From the NCBI GenBank assembly GCA_038087875.1, contig CM075993.1, positions 2,482,001 through 2,546,000 of the forward strand: a DNA stretch of 64,000 nt, in the 5' to 3' direction. The notes under the pieces are model-generated. The model was not told the DNA's origin, did no database searches, and saw nothing but the letters and a program-made list of their open reading frames with translations. The stretch comes from Malacoraja senta (taxonomy: Eukaryota). The position numbers and the translations under genes were made by a program. Of the stretch, positions 14,435-27,358 are shown one piece after another (within the stretch, counting starts at the first letter, position 1; every line of letters starts with the position of its first letter).

Positions 14435-14652
14435 TAAGAAGGAACTGCAGAAGCTGGAAAATCGAAGGTAGACAAAAATGCTGGAGAAACTCAGCGGGTG
14501 AAGCAGCATCTATGGAGCGAAGGAAATAGGCAACGTTTCGGGCCGAAACCCTGAAGAAGTCTGAAGAAGGGTTTCGGCCCGAAACGTTGCCTATTTCCTT
14601 CGCTCCATAGATGCTGCCTCACCCGCTGAGTTTCTCCAGCATTTTTGTCTAG
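14435..14652. mobile_element. Palindromic Penelope-derived short element with hammerhead motif, inserted in a Rex1-like tail
   Basis: TSD CGATGAAAAGCATTTGTT at 14417-14434 and 14653-14670. Motif CTGAAGAAGGGTTTCGGCCCGAAACGTT at 14561-14588. Confidence 0.75.
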
Positions 14653-15572
14653 CGATGAAAAGCATTTGTTGTGTGCTAACCAGTCAGTGGAAAGACAATT
14701 TGAGCCATTTACAGTGTACAGATACATGATCAGAGAATAACTTTTACTGCAAGGTAAAGCCCGTAAAGTCCGATCAAAGATAGACGTAATTGTTTTAATT
14801 CTTTTTTAAGCTCTCTGGCTGAAAAGGCTCACCTCACCTCTGCAGTTCCTTCTTAAACCTCTGAACCATGTTGCCTTGATGCTGGTTCCATTAGAAAGAG
14901 TGAATCAACTCTCCACTCAAATCTTTTAACCTATCAAGATAAAGCTGCTTTAAGAGCTGAGCGTGACACTATGGTTTAGAGATGCAACATGGGAGCAAGG
15001 CACTTCGGCCCATCAAGTCCACATTGACCATCGATCACCCCACTCACTAGTTCTATGTCATCCCACTTTCATATCCTCTACACTGGGGGGCAATTTACAG
15101 AAGCAATTTGACCGACAAACATGCACGCTTTTGGAATGTGGGAGGAAACTAGAGCACCCGGTGAAAACTCACGGCATTATAGGGGGAACGTGCAAACTCC
15201 ACACATACAGCACCCGTAGTCAGGAACGAACCAGGGTCTCTGGCGCTGTAAGGCAGCACCTCTACCGCTGCGCCACTGTGCCGCCCGCAAATAGCAGGGC
15301 CGGTTTTAGAATATCCCAGCGCATTTTATGGTCCATTAATTACCATTTGAAGTGTAGTCTTCATTGTGTTGAGGGAAAGACCACAAGCAATCTTTGCACA
15401 GTCAGATTCTACAAACAGACATTTGCTGATGATCATGTTTTAGTAATGTTGGCTGGGGGATAAACATTAGTCGGGACACTTGGGGGAATTTCCTTGCGCT
15501 TCCTTGCGTAAGAATGCCAGCAAGATTTATTTTATTTTTAAGCAGCAAAATGGAGACAGAGGGCTTACATGT

Positions 15573-15600
15573 CTGAAGAAGGGTCTCGACCCGAAACGTC
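15573..15600 (+). ncRNA. Minimal hammerhead ribozyme motif (PLE type)
   Basis: CTGAAGA-A-GGGTC-TC-GACCC-GAAAC-GTC: CUGANGA core, stem II, GAAA and GUC cleavage triplet. Confidence 0.6.
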
Positions 15601-15890
15601 ACCTATTCCTTCGCTCCATAGATGCTGCCTCACCCACTGAGTTTCTCCAGCATGTTTGTCTATCTTGCATGTCAGGAGTTTGTCTACCTTGCATGTCAGG
15701 AAGGGTCTCCATGGAGTTAATATTCGTACAGGTCAACAATCTTCCAGGATATCTGTGTTCTTCCACTTCTAGCCCGTATGCATCCATAGAAACTTCGAAA
15801 CATAGAAAATAGGTGCAGGAGTAGGCCATTCGGCACTTCGAGCCAGAACCGCCATTTAATATGATAATGGCTGATCATCTGAAATCAGTA

Positions 15891-16122
15891 GGTAGACAAA
15901 AGTGCTGGAGAAACTCAGCGGGTGCAGCAGCATCTATGGAGCGAAGGAAATAGGCAACGTTTCGTGCCGAAACGTTGCCTATTTCCTTTGCTCCATAGAA
16001 GAAGGGTTTCGGGCCAAAACATTGCCTATTTCCTTCGCTCATTAGATGCTGCTGCACCCGCTGAGTTTCTCCAGCACTTTTGTCTACCTTCGATTTTCCA
16101 GCATCTGCAGTTCCTTCTTAAA
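15891..16122. mobile_element. Palindromic Penelope-derived short element inserted in a CR1 3' UTR
   Basis: 15-bp TSD CATCTGAAATCAGTA at 15876-15890 and 16123-16137. Confidence 0.75.
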
Positions 16123-19100
16123 CATCTGAAATCAGTACCCCGTTCCTGCTTTCTCCCCATATCCCTTGATTCCGTTAGCCCTAAGGGCTCTTGTGTCTTT
16201 TACCGTATTACATTTCTTCAGTCAACTTAGAGGCAACAATACTCTTGTGAAACATTTTCTGAAACTTTACCAGGTTGAGTCTGCAAGTTTCTAGTGTTAG
16301 ACGTGATAAATATATTTATTTGTCTTGTTGTTTTTCATATATATACTGAACGTTTTTGTTGTTTATTAGAGGTTTTAGGGGAGTACTAAGTCTGAAGAAG
16401 GGTCTCGACCCGAAACATCATCTATTTCTTCTCTCCAGAGATGCTGCCTGTCCCGCTGAGTTACTCCAGCTTTTTGTGTTCTCTGGTTACATATCTGTTG
16501 TGCTGATGCAAGTACGAGTTTCGGTGTTCGGTTTTGGGACATATGACAATAAAACACTCTCGGCTCTTAAAGTATTTTAAGAAAAATGTGCCTGACAAAT
16601 GCAACGTGGTAATCGATCTCGTGAGGTGTATGAAAATAGGAGATAAAACTGTCTTGTTGAATTACGATAGAATAAATGATTAAAGGATGAATTTCATGAT
16701 CAGCATCATCAGTCAACCTTTGTCTTTATCCTAAAGAGAGACATACATGCAAGGTCCATTACTGCTATTGTCACTTGAGAGGTTTTTAAAGGACACTTCT
16801 CTCAACAATTCATCTCTACCTGATATTCTACAGTAACACTGTATTGGTATTAAGGCGTCTATTTCCGGCAATTTATCTGCTAAATGAGTGTCCAGAAGAT
16901 CTATTGCCGCCAATGTTGCCAAGCCAACACGCAAGCTGTAAGAACAGTAGAGTCTTAGAACTTTTCCATTACCATTACTTACAGCGCCGGAGACCCAGGT
17001 TCGATCCCGACTACGGCCGCTGTCTGTACGGAGTTTGCACGTTCTCCCCGTGACCTGCGTGGGTTTTCTCCGAGATCTTCGGTTTCCTCCCACACTCCAA
17101 AGACGTACAGGTTTGTAGGTACATTGGCTTGGTGTATGTGTAAATTGTCCCTAGTGCGTGTAGGGCGATGTTAATGTGCGGGGATCACTGGTCGGCCCGG
17201 ACCCGGTGGGCCGAAGGGCCTGTTTCGGCGCTGTATCTCTAAACTAAACTAAACTGGGCCACAGTTTAGGAATAAGGAGTAAGCCATTTTGAACGGAGAC
17301 GAGGAAACACTTTTTCACACAGAGTGGTGAGTCTGTGGAATTCTCTGCCTCAGAGGGCGGTGGAGGCGGGTTCTCTGGATGCTTTCAAGAGAGATCTAGA
17401 TAGGGCTCTTAAAAATAGCGGAGTCAGGGGATATGGGGAGAAGGCAGGAACGGGGTACTGATTGGGGATGATCAGCCATGATCACATTGAATGGCGGTGC
17501 TGGCTCGAAGGGCCGAATGGCCTACTCCTGCACCGATTGTCTATTGTCTATTGTCTATAACTAAACAATAGACACTAAGGAAGGGTTCCCAGCTGAAGGG
17601 TCCCCCATCCTTTTTCTCCAGAGATGCTGCCTGTCCCACTGAGTTACTCCAGCACTACCCTGAGAAGTTGCTTCCTTGAAGCACAGTGCTGTCCCTAGGA
17701 AACTTTGACAGATTAGGAGTAAAATAAATCACGAGCTTTGTAAGGTAAAGAAATCCTATTGCTTTGGTATCTAAACTGACTCACTGTTTCTCGGTGACTG
17801 TGGTCATGTCAAGCCAAGGTTAATTAATAGCTCGCCAATACGAATGAATTCTGACAAAATGTCAGGACTGCTATTTGCAATTACAGATTTATTCCTTCGG
17901 CAAGGATTCACCATTGTGGTTTAGAGTCAGTGTTTACTTTTGAAAGTGTTCCTGTTTAAGGGAATCTATGGATGAGTGATGTAACCAGAGACAGAAATGC
18001 AGCCGAACTAGCTGGAGAGGTCGTGACAGTATCGGAGCAAGAAGCCAGTCGTGTTGTAGTCCAGATGCTTCCAATCATAATATGAGTCCACGTTGCATAT
18101 CTTGAGAGAGGACGAGGGCAAGAGAGTGTGTGCTCTTTAAGGGAATGTGACACATGTCAGAGTGGTCAGCAGGGTCTCGCCAACTCAGGGGGTGTATGTT
18201 GCTGTCAGACCCTTCAAGACGGCAGCAGGTACACCACCAAGAGGATTGGCGATCGAGTCAGATCTACGGGGAAGTAATTATGTGGAACTGGGAACAGCTG
18301 GGACTCTGCTTCAATGTCAAGGTTTCAAAGAAAGGTGAATCTTGAAGGACTCCTTGTAATTAGAGTCCACACAGGAGTGTAGTACACTAAGATATGTAAA
18401 TGCTGATTGAGTAAATAGACTGAATGTTATGCAGCTAAAAAATTAACCCCTCACCGGTGGTCGATTTGTTGCAACACTCTAAAGACGTACAACTTTGTAG
18501 GTTAATTGGCTTGGAATCAATGTAAATTGTCCCTAGTGTGTTTAGGATAGTGTGGGGATCGCTGGTGAACTTGGTGGGCCGAAGGGCCTGTTTCCGCCCT
18601 GCATCTCTAAACTAAACGCCTCTAAATAATGCCTTTAGTGGCTATTATTTTGGTGAATTGATGATATCATTATAATCATGCAGCAGTGAAATAGGCCATT
18701 CAGCCCACCGAGTCCATGCTAACCATCAGCTGCCCATTTCCACTGAATCCCTACTCAACCTCTCTCCCTGTAGCTCAGAACCCTCTAGTCCTGGCAACAT
18801 CGTCGTGAATCTTCTGAACCCTTTCCAGCTTGGGACTTGGGTGGCATCCACAGTGTCACATCAAGCCTCTTTCTTTTTACTGTGCCTTTGAGGTTTTCCC
18901 TTCCTTGGAAAACCTTGGCATTCGTTCATTTACCATTTTAATGAAGGTCACGCCTGCAATAACTTGGAGCCCCTCCACAGAGGCTCTTTAATGGAGCCAT
19001 CTGTTGCCTTGAGAGCAAGTGAGATTTTTCTGTCGTGGAAAGGACTAAAGAGATGGAGAACATATTTGTTTTTCAATAGAATATATTCGATCCTTAACAC

Positions 19101-20731
19101 ATCTGGATGGTGTCTACACTTTAGTTCTCAGCTAAAAAAAAAAAGTCATTTATTGCACAGTCTCAAGGGCAAAGTCTATTTGCTTGGTATTCCATTCATC
19201 AACTTGAACGTTAGCTGTCTATCTTTCACTGACTCACTCCGGTTGCATACGGTACTATCTGTAAAATATACCCTGGTGCAAAATGCCAAAAAACTCACCA
19301 AAATCCGATTCTGAACATTGCAGTTCTATTTAGACTTTAGTGTTTAGAGATACAGCGCAGTAAATGGCCCCTCGGCCTACCGCGTCCGCACCAACCAGCA
19401 ATCACCCCCATGTACGAGCAGTACCCTACACACACTAGGGACAATTTACACAATTGAAACCCAGACTCTCATGTATGGGTGGTTTAGTTTGGTTTAGAGA
19501 TAAAGCAGGAAAAGGGGTCAATAGACAACAGGCAGGAGTAGGCCATTCGGCACTTCGAGCCAGCACCGCCATTCACTGTGTTTATAGCTGTTCATCCACA
19601 ATCAGTACCTTCTCCCCATATCCCCTGACTCCTCCATGTTTAAGAGCTCCATCTAACTCTCTTTTGCAAACATCCAGAGAATCGGCCTCCGCTGCCTTCT
19701 GAGGCAGAGAGTTCCACATATTCACAACTCTCTGGGTGAAAAGGCAGCAACTCTACCTCTGCGCCAACCCTGCCGCACTTTGGGGAGGAGACGAGGAGGG
19801 GTTTCTTCAGTCAGAGGCTGGTGAATCTGTGGAATTCATTGCCACAGAAAGCTGTGAAGACAGAGTCAATGGATATGTTTAAAGGAGAGATAGATAGAGA
19901 ATCCCTCTCTCCCCATCCCTCCCCCTTCCCAGTTCTCCGACCAGTCTGACTGTACCAAATTACATTGTATCTCTGTGTAGGAAGGAACTGCAGATGTTGG
20001 TTTCAATCGAAAATAGACACAAAATGCTGGAGTAACTCAGCTGCCTGTCCCACTGAGTTACTCCAGCATTTTGTGTACATTTTTGTGTAAGTTTGTTATG
20101 GTGCCACCTTTTCCGAGCTAACAATGATCTATTCTACATTTTCCTTGGATCTGCATCTCATTTGATGTCTCATTTTCACACACTTTACCCTTCCATATCT
20201 CTGTGTCTCCCTCTCCCCTGACTCAGTCTGAAGAAGGGTCTTGACCCGAAACGTCACCCATTCCTTCTCTCCAGAGACGCTGCCCGTCCCGCTGAGTTAC
20301 TCCAGCATTTTGTGTCTATCTTCGGTGTAAACCAGCATCTGCAGTTCCTTCCTGCACATGTGTTGAATAGTGTTGAATTTCTACGTGTTTTCTTTAACTC
20401 CAGACAAAGGTTGGGGAAACAGCATTTAATTTAAAAGCAATTACAAGTTGCAGTTCCCAATCGCATTAATTAGATAAATTCAGCTTGCAATCCTCTGCCC
20501 AACATTACCACTTGCTTCTGGTAATTTTCATGCTTTTTTTTAAAATAAATTGTGAATGTCTCTGGAGAACTACATGATTGTGAGAGTTTGGGGCACTAAT
20601 TAAGTTCCAACCTTCTCTCTCTCCGATGTTAATTCTGTTATTTACAACATTGCCGGTTGATGTCAAAACCAGTGGATGGGTATTCAACAGCTGTTAAACG
20701 TTAGCTGGTGACACAGTGAGTGAGGTGAGAA

Positions 20732-21056
20732 GGGCGGCACGTTGGCGCAGCGGTAGAGTCGCTGCCTTACAGCGCTTGCAGCGCCGGAGACCCGGGTTCG
20801 ATCCCGACTACGGGTGCTGTCTGTACGGAGTTTGTACGTTCTCCCCCTGACCGCGTGGGTTTTCACCGAGATCTTCGGTTTCCTTCCACACTCCAAAGAC
20901 GTACAGGCTTGTAGGTTAATTGGCTTGGTATAAATGTAAAGTGTCCCTAGTGTGTGTAGGATAGCGTTAATGTGCGGGGATCGCTGGTCGGTGTGGACCC
21001 GGTGGGCCGAAGGGCCTGTTTCCGCGCTGTATCTCTAAACTAAACTAAACTAAACT
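20732..21056 (+). mobile_element. Full-length tRNA-derived V-SINE
   Basis: A box TGGCGCAGCGG, B box GGTTCGATCC, central conserved domain and (TAAAC)n tail. Confidence 0.85.
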
Positions 21057-21255
21057 GAATTGACCAAAAGATGATCATTGTCTGAATATGATAGGGAATA
21101 GATGAATAAATATTACCAGATGTGAAGCCAATAGATCCAAAATGGTTGGTCTTGGTAACAGAGTCTCTTGATCAAAATTCCAATGCTTTGAGCTAACAGT
21201 ACACCCAGTATTTCCTACTGCCTCGAGTCTTTTGTGGCAGGGAAGCAAAGCATAA

Positions 21256-22473
21256 AGGCCCTGTCCCACTGTACGAGGTAATTCAAGAGTTTACCCGAGT
21301 TTTCACCTGATTCGAACTCGGAGAATGTACATAGCGGGTACGTTGGAGCTCGTGGATGTCTTGTAATAATAATAATAATAATCATTTTATTTACTGGCGC
21401 CTTTCTAAAGCCCAAGGACACCTTACAAGACATAGAATCACAACAAAACAAAAAAACACATAATCGGAATAAATTAAATATAAAAACACCACAGTACACA
21501 AATCAAGGACAGAATTCAATTTCAAAAGCACCAAAAGAAAATAAGAAACTCAATTTGAGGAGAGAGCAGCGGCGACCAATTCGCGCCAGCGTCCACTCTC
21601 CCCTCCGACCGCCATCTTGTACACGGACTGACAGGCACAGGCACAGGCACAGCACACAAAATCATCCCCCCACAATGACCACCACTGTGGGGGAAGGCAC
21701 AATGTCCAGTCCCCAACCCAGTTCTCCCCAGAGTCAGGCCCATCGAGGCCTCCACAGTTGCCTCTACGGAGGCCCGATGTTCCTGGCCGTCGGGAGAGTC
21801 CTCGGAGCGGCTGGAACGGCCGGTTTTCCAGCGGAGTCAATGTCACCTGAAGCCGACAGGGCTGCGCTGATTTGGAGCCACGAGGCTCCCGATGTTGGAG
21901 TCGGCGCCGCCGCCCGCAGCTGGTCGCTCCGCAGTCCCGCAGCCCGGAGGTGTTGAAGTCGGCGGTCCAGCTCGGCGACCCAGGCAAGGCATCGCCCGCT
22001 CCGTTCCGCGATAGCGCTCCAGCGCTGTGCCGCCACCGAAGCTGAAGGTGCTGGGCGGTCCCCGTCAGGAAACGGCGCTCCATGCCCGCTGGTAGGCCAC
22101 GAGGACGGGTCGACGAGGCAGCCTGGAGAAAAAGCTGCCTCACCGACCAGGTAGGGACCTAGAAATACTTTCCCCCCTTACCACCCCACATTAAAAGTCA
22201 AAAAAACCCAAACAAACAAAGAAATAAAAAACACTAAAACTAAAGAAACAGTGAATTTGACGGACGGCTGCTGTTTAGCAGCCGTTCCTCCAAGATAGCG
22301 GCTCGTAATGCTAACGGCAGGTACTCGGGAAACGCGGTAACTCGTGAAGTTTTTTTAACACTGTGAAAAATGTCCAAGAGTGAAAAAATACTCGTGATGA
22401 ACTTACCATGAGTTTGATTTTTTTTTAAACTCGGGAGAGCTCTTGGCTAAACTCGCATCGTGGGACAAGGGCT
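21256..22473. mobile_element. Harbinger-like MITE (family 3) interrupted by a ~940-bp retroposon
   Basis: Ends aaggccctgtcccac / gtgggacaagggct. Both halves match the uninterrupted copy at 50491-50809. Confidence 0.65.
21365..22302 (-). mobile_element. GC-rich non-autonomous retroposon with (TTA)n tail
   Basis: (TAA)n at 21364-21382 and imperfect TSD ct(t/c)gtaat. 3' parts recur on + strand at about 233-568 and 5490-5692. Confidence 0.55.
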
Positions 22474-24549
22474 CAATAGTTTAGTTTAGTTTAGAGATAC
22501 AGCGTGGAAACGGGCCCTTAGGCCCACCGTGCCCGCGCCGACCAGCGATCCCCGTAAACTGCTTTTATCTTACACACTAGGGATAATTTACAGAAGCCAA
22601 TTAATCTGCAAACCTGCATGTCTTCAGAATGTGGCAGGAAACCGGAGCCCCCGCAGAAAACCCACGCAGTCACGGGGAGAACATACAAACTCCGCACAGG
22701 CAGCACCCGTAGTCAGGATCGAACCCGCAACTCCCGGTAGAATTGTAAATTGTCCCTAGTGGACAATTCGGAGCGTGGAGAGCTGTGGTGGCGCGCTGCT
22801 GCTGCGGCCCGACTCCGGAGCTTCGGAGGCTCCAGCCGCAGGTCCGGTGGACGGTGACATCGGGAGCTCCCGCAACGGCAACTTCTCCCACCCGAATTGC
22901 GTGGTTGAAGGCGACCCGGAGCGGGGCCTTAACATCGCCCGGCGTGGCTTTAACGGCCACGGGACTTGCCAGTGCCCGCCGGGGGCTACAACATCAATAC
23001 CCAGGCAGGGCCTTACATCGCCTTAATGGCCGCGGGACTTACCATCGCCCGCCGGGGGCTTTGACATCTGGAGAAGAATGGAGAGCAGGGGAGAGACAAG
23101 ACTTTGCCTTCCATCACAGTGAGGAGGAGATTCACTGTGATGGATGTTTGTGTAAATTGTGTTGGTGTGTGTCTTGGTTCTTTTCTTGTTGTATGACTGC
23201 AGAAACCAAATTTCGTTTGAACTTCATTTGAGCTTCAAATGACATTAAACGGTATTGTATCGTATCGTATTGTATTGTGTGTAATATGGTGTTAGTGTAC
23301 GGGGTGAAACACTGGTTGGCGCAGACTCGGTGGGCCATTTCCACAAGGTATCTCTGAAGTCTAAAGTATTACTGGATATATGCAGTGCGAGTATTGTCAT
23401 TTCTCAAGGTGACAGGAACATTTTTACCAAGCTGCCTAGACCTGTTACACGCCTGCCCAATTAAAAATCAGATCTTCCTGTGTGACAAATTTATCATTGT
23501 TGACAGATTCTCAAGGAGCAGCAGACAGAAGGTGGAAATCAGGTGGCTTCCCATTGTGATTGTACCTGTTTGTGAGGTTTATGTCACGGCTTCCAGTTCT
23601 CAACCCACCTCTTGGTTTCAACTCCCACCCACTATCTGAGAGAGCAGGCGGAGTCGTTGGATAGGAAATGTTTCCTCATCGAATCTTACAGCGTGGAAAC
23701 AAGCCCTTCGGCCCAACTCACCATGCCACCTCATGTTTCACTTGGGCAGCTTGCACCCCAGCGGTATGAACATTGACTTCTCTACTAAAGTGACTCAGCG
23801 GATGTCTGGAGAATAGGAATAGGTGACGTTTCGGGTCCAGACCCTTCTTCAGACTGAGAGTCAGGGGAAAGGGAAATGAGAGATATAGTTGGTGATGTAG
23901 AGAGATATAGAACAAATGAATGAAAGATATGCAAAATAGTAATGAGGATGAAGTAACTCTTGCTTTCCCTCTCTCTCCACCCCCCCCCCCCACTTCCCAG
24001 TTCTCCCACCAGTCATAGAAACAGAAACATAGAAACATGGAAAATAGGTGCAGGAGTAGGCCATTCGGCCCTTCGAGTCAGCACCGCCATTCAATATGAT
24101 CATGGCTGATCATCCCATTCCTGCTTTTTTCCCATATCCCTTGATTCCTTTAGCCCTTAGAACTAAATCTAACTCTCTCTTGAAAACATCCAGTGAATTG
24201 GCCTCCACTGCCTTCTGTGGCAGAGAATTCCACAGATTCACAACTCTCTGGGTGAAAAAAATGGACGAGAGAAGTGTTCGGACAGATGACCTCAGGCGAG
24301 GGGGTTCCATGATAGGCAGATTGTTGGACAAAGGCTAGAGATAGAACCCGGGTGTGAGTCCAAAATAAAAACTTTGTTGTGAACTGTGAAGATAGTTGAG
24401 GGACATTTGTTGGAAGGAGTCGGGGGATGGGAGGGGTGGAGGGACTGGTGCAAGGATTCAGGGGAAGGGGGTGTGGTGGGGGTGCAGGGAAAGTATGGAG
24501 TAGGGGGTGAGAAATGGGAGGGGGGAGGGAGGTGTTTGTAGAAGCTGAA

Positions 24550-24577
24550 CTGAAGAAGGGTCTCGACCCGAAACGTC
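24550..24577 (+). ncRNA. Minimal hammerhead ribozyme motif (PLE type)
   Basis: Exact CTGAAGAAGGGTCTCGACCCGAAACGTC. Confidence 0.6.
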
Positions 24578-26353
24578 GCCCATTCCTTCTCTCCATGGAT
24601 GCCGCCTCACCCCCTGAGTTACTCCAGCATTTTGTGTCTCCCTTCGATTTTATCCAGCATCTGCAGTTCTTTCCCACACAAATGTTTGTAGAAGCTACCA
24701 AGAATTTAATCTTGATATCTAATTTGCTTCTGTCATTCCGATCATCGCAGGGCAAAATCACAACGACATTTGTTAACTTATCTTTGCATTCAATCTCTAT
24801 TGATCAGTCCGCAATGGACCCAGGCACAATCTATGGGATATCCCGTTGATGGTGACCTTTGGGGCAATGTGGCGTAAATGCTGGCAGGCGGGACTAGTGC
24901 AGACGGGGCATCTTGGTCGGTGTGGGTGAGTTGGGCTGAAGGGGGCCGTTACTATGCTGTTTGACCCTATGACTATGAATGATCACTTTGACTATGAATC
25001 GAGCACCGAAGTACATAGTTTTAAGGGCCTGTCCCACATACGCGATTTTTTTCGGCGAAAAGTTTCGGAATGTTGAAAAACCAACCAGGCATTGATGCAA
25101 ACCAGTCAATGTGCTGTGGACTGCTCACCTGCAGAAGTTCAAGAGAATCCTCTCTGACAGACTGAATGTTACAGCCACTGAGAAAATGCAGATTTTAAAA
25201 AATGAATAACGGTTAGACAATAGACAATAGACAATAGACAATAGGTGCAGGAGCAGGCCATTTGGCCCTTCGAGCCAGCACCGCCATTCAATGTGATCAT
25301 GGCTGATCATCCCCAATCAGTACCCCGTTCCTGCCTTCTCCCCATATCCCCTGACTCCGCTATTTTTAAGAGCCCTATCTAGCTCTCTCTTGAAAGCATC
25401 CAGAGAACCTGCCTCCACCGCCCCCTGAGGCAGAGAAGTTAGTGCAAGATCTAGCCAGTAAAGTTTGATCAAAGATAGTCCGAGTGTCTCTAATGAGGTA
25501 GATGGTAGTTCAGGACTGCGGTAGGAATGTTGAGTTGCCTGATAACAGCTGGGAATAAACTGTCCCTGGATCTGGAGTGGCATACACTGATGTCCTACTT
25601 ATATCTATCTGTTTGCTGTGTCCTTTGCCACCAGCAACCACAGAAAGAGGTCCAACAATAGGTTTCAATACCTGCCTGAATTCATAGTCAACATTTTTGT
25701 TATCGCCGTACTCCCAGATTGTTCTGTTACAGTCAAGAGGCATCTTTACCTTGGCTTCTGAATGCATAATTGTCTCGAACCTCCCTGTAGAGACTGAGCA
25801 GGAAAGGAGAGGCTTAGTGAGTAATGGTCGGATATCCAAGCGTTTTATTCATTGTGTTGCTGGTCGTGTACCATGGGAGCCACGTGTACAAATTTTGAAG
25901 CTATCTTTTTATTTGTTTGCAGCCATCTCCCATGACTGTTCCTGACAGATTTGGGTGTTCTGACTTAAGACAGGGTCCTGCAGAGGGACAACACAACACA
26001 GAATTAAAGTCCAGTTTAGAGATACAGCGAGGAAACAGGCCCTTCGGCCCACCGAGTCCACACCGCACACTAACAATATCCTACACACGCACACGGGACA
26101 ATTTAGGCTTATACCAAGCTAATTCACCTACAAACCTCTACGTACTGCAATAGCAGATTTTCTGCGTGTGATCCATGTGCTTCCATTCCCAACTTCTATA
26201 GTAATTTGTTTGTAGCAGAGCAGACAGTAAATACAGGTCCACCATTAATTTTTCCGGCACCAGAGCCTTGCCGGATTATCCGTATTGCCAGACCGACAGT
26301 TGCCGGAAAAATTAGTGGTGGGCCTGTAGTTGCACGCAACATATAGAGGCAGA

Positions 26354-26800
26354 GAGTGATACAGCCTGGAAACAGGCCCTTCAGCCCAACTTTCCAATGC
26401 TGACCAACATGCCCCAGCTACACTAGTCCCACCTGCCTGCGTTAGGCCCATATCTCTCAGTCATAGAGTGATACAGCCTGGAAACAGGCCCTTCAGCCCA
26501 ACTTGCCCACGCTGACCAACATGTCCCATCCACACTAGTCCCACCTGCCTGCGTTAGGCCCATATCTCTCAGTCATAGAGTGATACAGCCTGGAAACAGG
26601 CCCTTCAGCCCAACTTGCCCACGCTGACCAACATGCCCCAGCTACACTAGTCCCACCTGCCTGCGTTAGGCCCATATCTCTCAGTCATAGAGTGATACAG
26701 CCTGGAAACAGGCCCTTCAGCACAACTTGCCCACGCTGACCAACATGTCCCATCCACACTAGTCCCACCTGCCTGTGTTTGGCCCACATCCCTCTAAACC
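26354..26800. repeat. 112-bp tandem repeat (4 units) derived from a CR1 3' tail
   Basis: Units start at 26354, 26466, 26578 and 26690. The last unit runs on into minus-strand CR1 sequence. Confidence 0.9.
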
Positions 26801-27211
26801 TGTCCTATCCATGTACCTGCCTAAATGTTTCTTAAAGGTTGCGATAGCCCCAGCCTCAACTACCTCCTCTGACAGCTCATTCCAAACACCCACCTCCCTT
26901 TGCATGAAATAATTGCCATTTAGATTCCTATTAAATCAGGCCTTAAGCCATGGACGGTTTTGGTGTGTTTTCCCTGCCCCAGTAGATATGGGCAACATTT
27001 CAGGTAGAGTTAGGGCAGTCACAGTGGCGCAGCGGTAGAGTTGCTGCCTCACAACCCGGAGACCCGGGTTCGAACCTGACTACGGGGCTGTCTGTACTGA
27101 GTTTGTACTGTTTTCACCGTTCTTTCCGAAACTTAACTAAAGTTGAGAGGTCATGAACCAAGCCCCAACGACCTTCATTCAGTAACTTGCCTCTTATCTT
27201 CCTCTCCGCAG

Positions 27212-27358
27212 TATAAGCAGGTGGAGCAGTACATGTCCTTCCACAAGCTGCCGGCTGACATGCGCCAGAGAATCCACGATTACTACGAGCATCGGTTCCA
27301 GGGCAAGATGTTTGATGAGGAGAGCATACTTGGGGAGCTGAGTGAACCACTGCGAGAG
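27212..27358 (+). CDS. HCN4: HCN channel exon: C-linker (147 nt, phase 0-0)
   Basis: ctctccgcAG acceptor and GTGAGT donor. Encodes [49 protein letters not shown], intact. Confidence 0.95.

Noticed and set aside
20732..20810. tRNA-like sequences with A/B boxes
   Set aside because: They are SINE heads followed by the SINE body and LINE-like tail, not tRNA genes.
21550..22143. 197-aa and overlapping ORFs
   Set aside because: GC-rich repeat interior with ORFs on both strands and no homology I can recognise.
26354..26800. Possible CRISPR-like array
   Set aside because: Contiguous LINE-derived tandem units with no unique spacers or cas genes, in a eukaryotic context.
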